Below are positions 49,982 through 58,864 of a DNA stretch of 64,000 nucleotides, one piece after another. This DNA is from an uncultured Actinomycetota bacterium (lineage in GTDB: Bacteria > Actinomycetota > Actinomycetes > JBEVHX01): contig CAWIIE010000014.1 in NCBI GenBank assembly GCA_963836025.1, forward strand, positions 105,493 to 169,492, read 5' to 3'. Numbering within the stretch: the first letter of the stretch is position 1; each line of letters starts with the position of its first letter. Both the position numbers and the translations under genes were made by a program. Under the pieces are notes generated by a model. It ran no database searches. It was not told where the DNA came from and worked only from the letters and a program-made list of their open reading frames with translations.

Positions 49982-51481
49982 ATGCCCGACTGGGTGATCC
50001 GGGCCAGCGACCCCCTTGTCGGCGTGACGCTGCTCGCGTGCGGGGCGGTGGCGTGGAGCCGCCGGCCGCGCAGCTGGGTTGGCCTGCTCATGGTCGCGGC
50101 CGCGGTCTGCTGGTTCCTCGGCAGCCTGCTCGCCGTCGCGGTGTTCCTGCACCGGGGTCCGATGGTTCACCTGCACATCTCCTACCCGACCGGTCGAGTA
50201 CGGCGGCCCGTCGCCATCGCGACGGTGATCATTGCCTATGTCGCCGCGCTGTTCGAGGCGGTTGCAGGCAACGCCTGGATCACGCTCGGACTGGCCCTGC
50301 TGGTCGCGGTCGCCGCGCTCGATGTGTACGTGCGAACGTCGGGGCGAGCCCGCAAGGCCGGCGGTCCCGCGCTCGCCGCGGCGCTGACGTTCGCCGGAGT
50401 GCTCGCGTTGAGTAGCGCGAACGTGATCCTGGACTGGGGCGCCGACCGGGCCGTCCTGTTCACCTACAACCTGGCCGTCTGCGCCGTTGCGGTTGCCCTG
50501 ACAACGGACCTGTTGTGGGGGCGGTGGTCGGAGGCCACGGTCGCCGACCTCGTGACACAACTCGGAGGCCGCGGCGACACCAGTGGCCTGCGCGGCGAGC
50601 TTCAGCGAGCGCTCGGCGACCCAACACTCACGCTCGGCTACTGGTTGCCCGAGCAGCGCCGATACGTCGACGACGACGGACTCCCGCTCGATCTGCGGGA
50701 CGACCCGCGAGCTGTCACCGCCATAGAGGAATCCGGTCAACCCCTCGCCGTTCTGGTCCACGACCCGTCGGTCCTCGACGACAACAAACTGGTCGACGGT
50801 GTCACGGCAGCCCTGCGGCTCGCTGTCGTCAACTCGGTGATGCGGGCGCAGGCACAGGCGAGAGTCAGCGAGCTCGCCGCCTCCAGGCGACGCGTCGTCG
50901 AAGCTGCCGACGACCAGCGTCGCGCGCTTTCGGCCGAGCTTGCTCGTGGTCCCCAACGGCAACTGACCGAAATCGCCAGCCTGATCCGCAGCGCGGAGGT
51001 GGGGATCGGCGAGAGCTGCCGACCCGATCTGGCGATAGCCCTATCTGAGGTGCGCGGGGCGCAGCACGAGCTTCACGAGCTCGTCCAGGGCATCCGGCCG
51101 TCAGCGCTCGAATCGGGTGGCCTCGCCGCAGCCCTGCCCGCCCTCCTAACCCGAGCACCCATCGCTGTTGACCTGCAGGTCACCCAACGGCGGATGCCTC
51201 CCGCAATCGAGGCGGCGATCTACTTCGTCTGTGCCGAGGGCCTGGCCAACATCGCCAAGCACGCCGACGCCCAGTGCGCCTCGGTCGATGTTTGGCTGGC
51301 GGACGGCGTGGTGGTGATATCTGTGCAAGACGACGGGATAGGTGGCGCTGAACCAGCCGGCTCGGGACTCAGGGGCCTCGCCGATCGAGTGGCGGCGCTC
51401 GGTGGCCACCTGTCGGTCGGTGACGAGGCCGGCGGGGGCACCCGTCTGGTGGCCAGGATCCCTCTGGCGGTTGGGTCGTGA
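49982..51481 (+). CDS. membrane histidine-kinase paralogue HK-B: H-box His replaced by Ala, intact ATP-binding domain
   Basis: DQRRALSAELARGPQRQL (GCT 50942-50944 at the His position); AIYFVCAEGLANIAKHA (N), VQDDGIGG (G1), GSGLRGLADRVAALGG (G2). Confidence 0.8.
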   Translation: MPDWVIRASDPLVGVTLLACGAVAWSRRPRSWVGLLMVAAAVCWFLGSLLAVAVFLHRGPMVHLHISYPTGRVRRPVAIATVIIAYVAALFEAVAGNAWITLGLALLVAVAALDVYVRTSGRARKAGGPALAAALTFAGVLALSSANVILDWGADRAVLFTYNLAVCAVAVALTTDLLWGRWSEATVADLVTQLGGRGDTSGLRGELQRALGDPTLTLGYWLPEQRRYVDDDGLPLDLRDDPRAVTAIEESGQPLAVLVHDPSVLDDNKLVDGVTAALRLAVVNSVMRAQAQARVSELAASRRRVVEAADDQRRALSAELARGPQRQLTEIASLIRSAEVGIGESCRPDLAIALSEVRGAQHELHELVQGIRPSALESGGLAAALPALLTRAPIAVDLQVTQRRMPPAIEAAIYFVCAEGLANIAKHADAQCASVDVWLADGVVVISVQDDGIGGAEPAGSGLRGLADRVAALGGHLSVGDEAGGGTRLVARIPLAVGS

Positions 51482-52134
51482 GGGTCGTGATCGCTGACGA
51501 CTCGGTCCTGCTCCGGGATGGACTTGCGCGCCTGCTGTCCGAGTCGGGCTGCACAGTAGTCGGAACGGCTGGAGACGCCGATGGGCTACTGCGCGAGGTC
51601 GCCCTGACCCGCCCGGACGCCGTGATCGTCGATATCAGGATGCCGCCGACCCACACCGATGAAGGGATCGCGGCGGCGCGCCAGCTCAGGAGCGCTCGAC
51701 CACAACTCGGCGTGCTCGTCCTCTCCCAATACCTGGAGTCCGAGTACGCCATGCGGCTGATCACCGATGCACCCGAACATGTCGGCTACCTACTCAAGGA
51801 GCGGGTCTCGAACATCGCAGTCATTGTTGATGCTCTGCAGCGAGTGGTCGAAGGCGAATGCGTCGTCGATCCGACCATCGTCTCGACACTGCTCCGCCGC
51901 CCCCGAGACCCCGGACCGCTCGACGGCCTCACGCCTCGCGAGCGTGAGGTGCTGGCGCTGATCGCTGAGGGCCGATCCAACGGGGCGATCGCCAACAGGC
52001 TGGAGATGAGCCCGAAGACGCTGGAAGCGCACGTGCGCCAGATCTTGCAGAAACTGGGCATCCACGAGTCACCCGACGACCACCGCAGGGTGCTCGCCGT
52101 CTTGCGGTACCTCCGAGCCGACGCTCACGGTTGA
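51478..52134 (+). CDS. NarL/LuxR-type response regulator
   Basis: GTG overlaps the HK-B stop (GTGA); VVIADDS, VIVDIRMPP, LTPREREVLALIAEGRSNGAIANRLEMSPKTLEAHVRQI. Confidence 0.9.
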   Translation: MRVVIADDSVLLRDGLARLLSESGCTVVGTAGDADGLLREVALTRPDAVIVDIRMPPTHTDEGIAAARQLRSARPQLGVLVLSQYLESEYAMRLITDAPEHVGYLLKERVSNIAVIVDALQRVVEGECVVDPTIVSTLLRRPRDPGPLDGLTPREREVLALIAEGRSNGAIANRLEMSPKTLEAHVRQILQKLGIHESPDDHRRVLAVLRYLRADAHG

Positions 52135-52312
52135 CAGACTGTCGGCGCCAATGCATGGAGCCGATTTCCGGCACAACCAACCATCCGGTTGCCGGTCGGC
52201 GTCGTCAACGAGACCTCCATGGTCTCCCCCACCATGAGCTTGCGCGCCAGGCGCCCCCGTTGCGCCGCGAACGTTGTATCGGGTTACAGATCTCCAGCAG
52301 GGTCGGCACGCG

Positions 52313-52771
52313 ATGAACAGTTCCCCGAGCGACACCCCGATCGGGCGCGAGGCGGGTTCGCGTCGACGTGGCTGCGACCGAAGCCACAAACGCGGCGGCC
52401 GGAACCGAGCCCTGCTGCTGCGCCTGGATGAGACCGAGTACGCAACTCTTGGTCGCGGCAGCTCAGCAGTCCGGGCTCACACCCACCGGATACACCGCCG
52501 AAGCCGCCCTTGCCTGCGCGGGCGCATCCACGCCGCCGGCGCCGGATTCGGTCCGTGCCGTCCTGCTGGAGCTGGTCCGGCTGCGACATCAGCTACGCCA
52601 AGCCACCGCCGATCTGCGCGGGATCCGGAGGTCGCCGGCAGACCCCCGGTAGCGCTCCTGCACGTGATCCGCGTGCTCTACGACGCGGTGGCGCGCATCG
52701 ACGCATCCGCCGAGCAGTTGACACCGAAACACCGGGTCTGCAGTTGGCCTCGCTTGGTCGGAGACGATTGA
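52313..52771 (+). pseudogene. MobC-like ribbon-helix-helix gene, frameshifted
   Basis: RNRALLLRLDETEYATL then, in another frame, VAAAQQSGLTPTGYTAEAAL...LLELVRLRHQLRQ; parallels 59141-59542. Confidence 0.55.
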
Positions 52772-52897
52772 AACCGGCAGGCCTCCGGGAGTCCCGGCCG
52801 ATCCAGTGCGCGCGCTGGATCCGGCACTCGCGTGCGGGATCGTCATACGCGCTTGAGCGGCACCTAGCGATCGCGGCGTATGCCCCGGCCATTCCGT

Positions 52898-53245
52898 TTA
52901 CAGCGACATGTACGGGGAGAAGAGCTGGACCGGGCCGTCGGCAGAGAACCGAGCCCTGAGTTCCGGACTGGGGTCGCCGAGGAGTTCGCCGTAGACCGTG
53001 CCCGTGGCGATGATCGGTTCCATCAGGTGCGCGAGGTGCTGGCCGTGTTCAAGGAGAGCCTGCGAGTCGCGGTACCGCTCGACGACAATCGCCTCGGATT
53101 CGTCGGCGTTGAAGTATGTCTCGTAGGCCAGCGTGCCCGTGTCCTGTGCTTTGACGATCTCCATGCAGAGGGCAGAGAGTCGCTTGAACTCCTCGACCTG
53201 GCCTTCGTGGAACTTGAATCGCGCGATACCGGTCAGTTCGCTCAT
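52898..53245 (-). CDS. ABM (antibiotic biosynthesis monooxygenase-like) domain protein
   Basis: ATG 53245 preceded by a GGAGGG RBS; ARFKFHEGQVEEFKRL...AYETYFNADESEAIVVERYRDSQALLEH. Confidence 0.6.
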   Translation of the reverse strand: MSELTGIARFKFHEGQVEEFKRLSALCMEIVKAQDTGTLAYETYFNADESEAIVVERYRDSQALLEHGQHLAHLMEPIIATGTVYGELLGDPSPELRARFSADGPVQLFSPYMSL

Positions 53246-53425
53246 ATGCTTTCCCTCCACCGTTGTCAATCGGCCACATCTGACCGCAACAACAAGCCTG
53301 CATGTTCCGGGCACACGGCATCAACCACAGGTGGACAACATTCGTCGCAAGCCATGCCCAGGCCACGTCCTAGAGCCTGCAGTAAGACCCGATGCCGAAT
53401 GCCGGCTCTCGCGCTGCTTGGGGGT

Positions 53426-54829
53426 CTGTCAGAGGAACGGTGTAACCGGCGTTCATCTACAAGGTCTCCGCCGCTGGCATCCGGTCGGCGAAGGTGATGG
53501 CGAATGCGTTCAGGGCCGGCTTCCAGCGAGTGATCCATCGTGCCTGCCCCAACCCCTTGGGGTCCAGGGATCGAGTGACCAGGTAGAGCGTTTTCATCGC
53601 CGCCTGCTCGGTGGGGAAGTGTCCCTTGGCGTTGACCGCTCTGCGGTAGCGGGCATTCAACGACTCGATCGCGTTCGTGCTGGACAGCACGCGGCGGATC
53701 TCGATGTCGTAGTCGAGGAACGGGATGAACTGCTCCCAGGCGGCGCGCCACAGTCTCGGGATCGCCGGGTAGCGTCCGCCCCACTTCTCCTCGAGATCCT
53801 CGAACGCCGCCCAGGCTGCCTTCGCATGCGGTGCGGTGTAGATCGCCCGCAGGTCCTTGGCCAGCTGTTCCCAGTACCGCTTGGAGGCGTAGCGGAAGCT
53901 GCCGCGGATCAAGTGGATGATGCAGGTCTGGACCGTCGCGAGTGGGAAGACCGTGTTCACCGAGTCGGGTAGCCCGCTCAGCCCGTCGCAGACGACGAAG
54001 AACACGTCCCGCACGCCGCGGTTGCGCAGGTCGGTGAGCACCGCGAGCCAAAACTTCGACGATTCACCGCCGGTATTCGAGCCAGCCCACAGCCCGAGCA
54101 CGTCCCGGTGGCCGCCCAGGTCGACGCCGATCGCGGCGTAGAACAGCTGGTTGCCGACCTGCCCGTCACGGACCTTGACCCGGATCGCGTCGATGAACAC
54201 CGCGGCGTAGACCGGCTGCAGCGGTCGCGACGCCCAGGTCTGCATGTCTTCCACCACCCGGTCGGTGATCCGGGACACGGTGTCCTTCGACACGCTGGCG
54301 CCGTAGACCTCGGCGAAGTGCGCGGAGATCTCCCCGGTGGTCAACCCGCGGGCGTACAACGACAGCACCACCGCGTCCACATCGGACAGCCGGCGCTGCC
54401 GCTTCGCGACGATCACCGGCGCGAAGGTGCCGTCCCGGTCCCGGGGCACCTCGACCTCGACCGGGCCGGCGTTGTCGGTCAACACCGTCTTCGACCGGGC
54501 GCCGTTGCGGGAGTTGCCGCCGTTGCGGCCCTCGACCGCGTGCTTGTCGTAGCCGACGTGCTCGGTCATCTCCTCCTCCAACGCGGATTCGATGACCTGC
54601 TTGGTGATCGACTTCAACAGCCCGTCCGGGCCGGTCAACTGATCACCCCTTGCGCGAGCGGCCTTCACCAACTCGCGGACCGCGGCCTGCTCCACCTCAT
54701 GTGGCGTGACCGCCTTCGTCGCTGCCTTCTCAAGCGAGCCCACGCCCGCCAGTGTCTCGGTCATCCAGGACCGGCCTTCCCGCCGAGCCACCTCGGCGTG
54801 TCGGGCCAGTTACACCGTTCGTCGGACAG
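53426..54829 (-). mobile_element. IS256-family insertion sequence (coordinates are the IR cores)
   Basis: 24-nt inverted repeats CTGTCAGAGGAACGGTGTAACCGG (53426-53449) and reverse complement of 54806-54829, 3 mismatches; no clear target duplication found. Confidence 0.75.
53457..54764 (-). CDS. IS256 family (mutator-type) transposase
   Basis: EEEMTEHVGY, NGARSKTVLT, VFIDAIRVKVRDG, FFVVCDGLSGLPDSV, VQTCIIHLIR, STNAIESLN. Confidence 0.9.
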   Translation of the reverse strand: MTETLAGVGSLEKAATKAVTPHEVEQAAVRELVKAARARGDQLTGPDGLLKSITKQVIESALEEEMTEHVGYDKHAVEGRNGGNSRNGARSKTVLTDNAGPVEVEVPRDRDGTFAPVIVAKRQRRLSDVDAVVLSLYARGLTTGEISAHFAEVYGASVSKDTVSRITDRVVEDMQTWASRPLQPVYAAVFIDAIRVKVRDGQVGNQLFYAAIGVDLGGHRDVLGLWAGSNTGGESSKFWLAVLTDLRNRGVRDVFFVVCDGLSGLPDSVNTVFPLATVQTCIIHLIRGSFRYASKRYWEQLAKDLRAIYTAPHAKAAWAAFEDLEEKWGGRYPAIPRLWRAAWEQFIPFLDYDIEIRRVLSSTNAIESLNARYRRAVNAKGHFPTEQAAMKTLYLVTRSLDPKGLGQARWITRWKPALNAFAITFADRMPAAETL

Positions 54830-54985
54830 TCTCTTGCGCGCGAGCGGATCGCGTCAGATCTGGAGGCCCAGTGCCGACAGCGCCAGAGCGGGTGGGCGTA
54901 GCCACCGCCTGTCTGCCAGGGCTGCGCCTCTCCGGCGACATGCCGTGACGATCGCCCGAGTGAATCGTGCAGGTTTGCTGCAGAG

Positions 54986-55396
54986 CTACGTCCCCTGCTG
55001 CAGAATGCGGATGGCGTTGCCGAAGGGATCCCGAACGCCCATGTCAGTGCCGTAGAAGTGCTCGGTGGGCTCCTGGGTGAAATCGGTGACACCGCGCTCG
55101 CGGAGCGTGTTGTACATAGCGCGTGCGTCATCAGTGATGAAGACGAGGCCGCCCAGGGCACCTTTGCTGATCAGCTCGCGGAGTCGCTCGGCCGTCGCTT
55201 CGTCATGGAGCGGCGGGCCGGGCTGCTCGAGCGAGATCTCGGTCGCCTGATCGCCGGGAGCCCGCACAGTCAGCCAGCGGTAGTCGCCCTGCTGCACGTC
55301 ATTACCCTTCTCGAGCCCAAGCTTGTTGACGTAGAAGTCGAGCGCCTCCTCCTTGTCGAGGACATAGATGGAAGCGACATTCAGCCTGCTGATCAT
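54986..55396 (-). CDS. VOC/glyoxalase family protein
   Basis: LNVASIYVLDKEEALDFYVNKLGL...FITDDARAMYNTLRERGV...YGTDMGVRDPFGNAIRI. Confidence 0.8.
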   Translation of the reverse strand: MISRLNVASIYVLDKEEALDFYVNKLGLEKGNDVQQGDYRWLTVRAPGDQATEISLEQPGPPLHDEATAERLRELISKGALGGLVFITDDARAMYNTLRERGVTDFTQEPTEHFYGTDMGVRDPFGNAIRILQQGT

Positions 55397-55447
55397 CGTG
55401 TTCTCCTGCGCCGTTCCTGATGAAACGACCCCAATCCTAAGGACCCG

Positions 55448-55888
55448 TCACCGGGGCGGCTTCTCCAAAACTGCTCGCTGTTCTGGCCGCCCAACGCTGC
55501 TACGAGGGCGTAGCGCGGCGAGCTGGACACAGTGCGGCGCCACGATCGGGCCGTGCCCCCTGCGATAGGCGCTCGGCGATTCGCCGACAATTCTCCGGAA
55601 GGTTCGGCTGAAGGTCCCAAGGCTGGTGAAACCGACCGCGAAGCAGACGTCGGTGACGGTGCGGTCAGTCTCACGCAGCAGGAACATCGAGCGCTCAACT
55701 CGCCGCCGCTGCAAGTAGCGGTGGGGCGTCTCGCCGAAGACGGAGCGGAAGCAGCGGCTGAAGTGGGCTGGCGAGATGTGGGCCACCGCAGCGACCGCTC
55801 GCACGTCGAGCGGCTCGGCGTAGGCGCGATCCATTGCGTCTCGGGCGCGGAGCAGGCGTCGGTTGAGATTTTCAACTTCGCGGCTCAC
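55448..55888 (-). CDS. AraC family transcriptional regulator (HTH-only type)
   Basis: LDVRAVAAVAHISPAHFSRCFRSVFGETPHRYLQRRRVERSMFLLRETDRTVTDVCFAVGFTSLGTFSRTFRR. Confidence 0.8.
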   Translation of the reverse strand: MSREVENLNRRLLRARDAMDRAYAEPLDVRAVAAVAHISPAHFSRCFRSVFGETPHRYLQRRRVERSMFLLRETDRTVTDVCFAVGFTSLGTFSRTFRRIVGESPSAYRRGHGPIVAPHCVQLAALRPRSSVGRPEQRAVLEKPPR

Positions 55889-56093
55889 CCGCCGACGCTA
55901 CGCGACACGGTGCCATCGCTCTGGATTCGATCACGCCGCTGTCGGTAACCGAGCCACAAGCGTCGGCGGCCAGGCCCCGACGTCGTTACCCGCCTCGCGG
56001 CGGAAGGACGCACCTCCGGAAACGCCCGGATCGCAGATCCGTACGTTGCGGGGCGACACCTGGTGTAGCACTCTCCGTGGTCGTGCCGGTCGT

Positions 56094-56705
56094 TCAGGTG
56101 TCGCTGTCGAGGTTGGACAGCGCTGCACGCACGAGGGCTTGCGCGGACGAGAGCATGACCTCTGCGGCTTCGTCGCGGGTCAGTCCGGCAACATCGACGA
56201 GCCAGACAAGTGATTCGATGCCGACAGCGCTGCGCACGGCGACTGCGAGCCGGTGTATTCCGGCATCGGTGAGCTGCGTTCTCGCTGGCGCCAGCGCATC
56301 TTCGAACCAGCCGATCGCCCGGCCCTTTCGCAGCGGCAGTTGGCTCGGCAGGGTCGAGGTCTCAAGCGAGAGTCGAAGCATCGTGCGCTGTTGCGGCTCG
56401 GAACTCAGCACCATCTCGATGAACGCACGCACGGCGACGAGCAGTCGAATTTCCGGGTCATCGCCGCTGTCGGACGGTAGTAGCGAGGCGAGGTTCAGCT
56501 CCGGGTGGGCGGCGGCGAGCAGTTCCCGTTGGCTGCGGAAGTAGCGATACGCCGTCGTACGAGAGACCGAGGCAGCCATCGCTGCTTCCTCGACGGTCGG
56601 GACCGACCCGCCCTGGGAGATCAGCTCACGGGCAGCGGTGACCAGATCGTTGCGGGTGCGCCGCTTCTGCCGACTGCGGCCCGATTCCTCGTACGCCGTT
56701 GACAT
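56094..56705 (-). CDS. TetR family transcriptional regulator
   Basis: TRNDLVTAARELISQGGSVPTVEEAAMAASVSRTTAYRYFRSQ; divergent from the cupin gene. Confidence 0.85.
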   Translation of the reverse strand: MSTAYEESGRSRQKRRTRNDLVTAARELISQGGSVPTVEEAAMAASVSRTTAYRYFRSQRELLAAAHPELNLASLLPSDSGDDPEIRLLVAVRAFIEMVLSSEPQQRTMLRLSLETSTLPSQLPLRKGRAIGWFEDALAPARTQLTDAGIHRLAVAVRSAVGIESLVWLVDVAGLTRDEAAEVMLSSAQALVRAALSNLDSDT

Positions 56706-56732
56706 GCACCTCACGGTACCTTAGTTTCTTTA

Positions 56733-56748
56733 TGGGACTTGTGTCCCA
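56733..56748. promoter_or_regulatory. candidate TetR operator
   Basis: Inverted repeat TGGGAC-TTGT-GTCCCA, 4 nt upstream of the cupin ATG, in the TetR/cupin divergent spacer. Confidence 0.4.
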
Positions 56749-56751
56749 CCA

Positions 56752-57246
56752 ATGGAGAGGTCGGCTGAAATGGAGACATTGGCTGCGACGGTCCGCGACC
56801 GCGGTGAAGGCGAGAGGCGCTGGTTCTGCGGGGGCGGGTTGCACACCTGGCTGGCCACCTCAGAGGAGACCGGAGGCGCATTCCTCCTCTTCGAGTTCGT
56901 CGGCGAGCAAGGCAAGGTGACGCCCGTTCATATTCACCCCGTCTCGGATGAGACGTTCTACATCCTCGAGGGCGAAATCCTCCTGGACCTCGAGGGAGAG
57001 CGCCGCAAGCTGACGACCGGCGGGGTAGTGGTGGTCCCCCGCGGTGTGCCGCATGCCTTCATGGTCACCTCGTCGCAGACCCGCTTCCTGACGATCCAGA
57101 CCCCGGGCACCGATGAGGCGTTCTACCGGCTCGCCAGCGAACCCGCTCCCGAAGGGAGCCAGCCCATCCCCGTCGACTTCGACAGAATTCGTGATGCCGC
57201 TCTGCAGACGGGTGCCATTGAAATTGTGGGGCCTCCGCCCTTCTGA
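56752..57246 (+). CDS. cupin domain protein
   Basis: GKVTPVHIHPVSDETFYILEGE...VVVVPRGVPHAF (two cupin motifs). Confidence 0.75.
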   Translation: MERSAEMETLAATVRDRGEGERRWFCGGGLHTWLATSEETGGAFLLFEFVGEQGKVTPVHIHPVSDETFYILEGEILLDLEGERRKLTTGGVVVVPRGVPHAFMVTSSQTRFLTIQTPGTDEAFYRLASEPAPEGSQPIPVDFDRIRDAALQTGAIEIVGPPPF

Positions 57247-57663
57247 GGGCGGGAGCGGTGTCGTGATCCGGGCCCACATCGTGCGCTGAAGCACAACGTC
57301 CGCTCATCGGCCAGATCTGGTTAAGGGCTGGAGCCACACATGCTTGTCATCCGTCCGGCGCATCTGACGATGCCGAACGGGCGCGTCAATGTGGGCGGTA
57401 AGACGCGAGACTTGTCGGCAGAACCGCGGGCTTCCAAGCGCTCGGCAATGCCCGGCTATCGAGCGGGCGTTGCAGTCGTGCTGACCAGCATCGCGGACGT
57501 CTGAGGGAGACCACGACGCGCCGGCTGCTGTCGTTGCCCGCGCTCGATGCGTCCTGACGACGGGAGCGGACTCCCCGCACGAGCGTGCTCGTTTCACACA
57601 CCCGGCTCGTGACCGCCTCGTGGCCGTCATCGACGAACCAACAGTCCACGTGACCTCTGTGCG

Positions 57664-58050
57664 TCAGCGATCGCGGGGCTGGCGATCGAATGGCAGCCTG
57701 CGGGTCCGGACGCGGCCGCGGACCAAAGTGACCACGGCACCGGCCTCCAACTCGGCCACGACGCGTGGCAGCACCTCGACCAACAATCGCGCCTGGTCAT
57801 CGGGTGTCATCTCGTTCACGTGTCGAAAGAGCACGAAGGACGGCTGCGAAAGTTCCAGCCTGGCAAGCAACGTGCCGAAGTCCGTATCGCTCGAGACAAC
57901 GACGCGTTCTTCTTCGGCCGCGAACCGGAGGATCTCGGCATCGGTCGCGGCCAGCTTGCCAACGTCAGCCACATGCACGACGTCATGGCCCTCGGCAATC
58001 AATCGGACAGCGACGCGTGGCGACAAGTTCGCGTCGAGGAGCAGCCTCAC
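57664..58050 (-). CDS. DUF5615 (PIN-like/Mut7-C-like) putative toxin
   Basis: MRLLLDANLSPRVAVRLIAEGHDVVHV...DAEILRFAAEEERVVVSSDTDFGTLL. Confidence 0.7.
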   Translation of the reverse strand: MRLLLDANLSPRVAVRLIAEGHDVVHVADVGKLAATDAEILRFAAEEERVVVSSDTDFGTLLARLELSQPSFVLFRHVNEMTPDDQARLLVEVLPRVVAELEAGAVVTLVRGRVRTRRLPFDRQPRDR

Positions 58051-58316
58051 GCCGCGGTGATCGGCAACTCGCGCTCGGACACCGCAGCCGCAGCAAACCG
58101 CAACGCAGCCAGCACGTCCTCACGCTCCAAGTAGGGGTAGTCAGCCAGGACATCGTCGGTGTCCCGCCCGGCGGCCAACTGCCCGACAACGGCACTCACG
58201 GTCACACGTAACCCCCGGATGCAGGGCAGGCCGCCCATGACCTCCGGGTCCACCGTGATCCGCTCGAATGCCACCCAGTCATCGTAAGGGCCGCCTGTCC
58301 CAAGAGCCGTTGCCAC
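58047..58316 (-). CDS. DUF433 putative antitoxin
   Basis: ITVDPEVMGGLPCIRGLRVTVSAVVGQLAAGRDTDDVLADYPYLEREDVLAALRFA; 4-bp overlap with the DUF5615 gene. Confidence 0.75.
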   Translation of the reverse strand: MATALGTGGPYDDWVAFERITVDPEVMGGLPCIRGLRVTVSAVVGQLAAGRDTDDVLADYPYLEREDVLAALRFAAAAVSERELPITAA

Positions 58317-58359
58317 GGCGGATGCGACCCCAAGAAGGGCGCAACGCCCCTGCAGGCTT

Positions 58360-58440
58360 CTGACCGAAACTCAGACGTCGGTCGTCCAAGTCGTGGCGTT
58401 GCGCTTCGTTGCGTTCGGCGGAGCCGTCACCAACCGATAC
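58360..58440. repeat. copy D of repeat family X (most diverged)
   Basis: TCTGACCGAAACTCAGACGTCGGTCGTCC... shares the 5' part with copies A-C; same position relative to the tRNA-half repeat as copy B. Confidence 0.35.
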
Positions 58441-58540
58441 CAGTGCGCAGCAGCGACCATCACATGGACTGAGGCAATGTCCGCCGGCTAACGATGGGCT
58501 AGGAAATGCCCGCGGCTTGCCAGCGCGACAACGCGCCAAA

Positions 58541-58638
58541 CGGACAAAACGGTCGGACGATCCAACACGATTCGCCATCAACGCTGTTCAAATGAGTGGA
58601 GCTAAGGGGACTCGAACCCCTGACCTTCTGACTGCCAG
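58541..58638 (-). other. att-like direct repeat, copy 2; 58597-58638 is the 3' half of tRNA-Ala(GGC)
   Basis: 98 nt aligned gap-free to 42370-42467 with 8 mismatches (hand count); the T-stem change G49 to A49 keeps pairing with T65; identity stops exactly at tRNA position 32. Confidence 0.8.
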
Positions 58639-58771
58639 CCAGCCTGGTGCGGATCCAGGTTGTGTCGGTTGAGGCGACTTGGGCCGTTGACCAGCAGTTT
58701 TGTGTTTTCGCCTGGTGGAGGTTGGTCCGCCCTGTGGGTCTCCTTCCGTGCAGTTGCTGTGCGTTTCCTAG

Positions 58772-58824
58772 CGCGCGGTTAGCGCGCCGTCCGTGTCGTG
58801 AGGGTGGTTCGGGCGCCCGGCAGC
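58772..58824. repeat. 53-nt direct repeat E, copy 1
   Basis: CGCGCGGTTAGCGCGCC[G/A]TCCGTGTCG-8 nt-GTTCGGGCGCC..CAGC shared with 60322-60374. Confidence 0.7.
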
Positions 58825-58864
58825 GACATGTTCGCGACCTCTCGACGCCGTCGGCCGTGCAGCC

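Noticed and set aside
53414-54840. Target-site duplication flanking IS256.
   Set aside because: The 8-9 nt on either side of the inverted repeats do not match convincingly. The exact element ends are therefore uncertain by a few bases.
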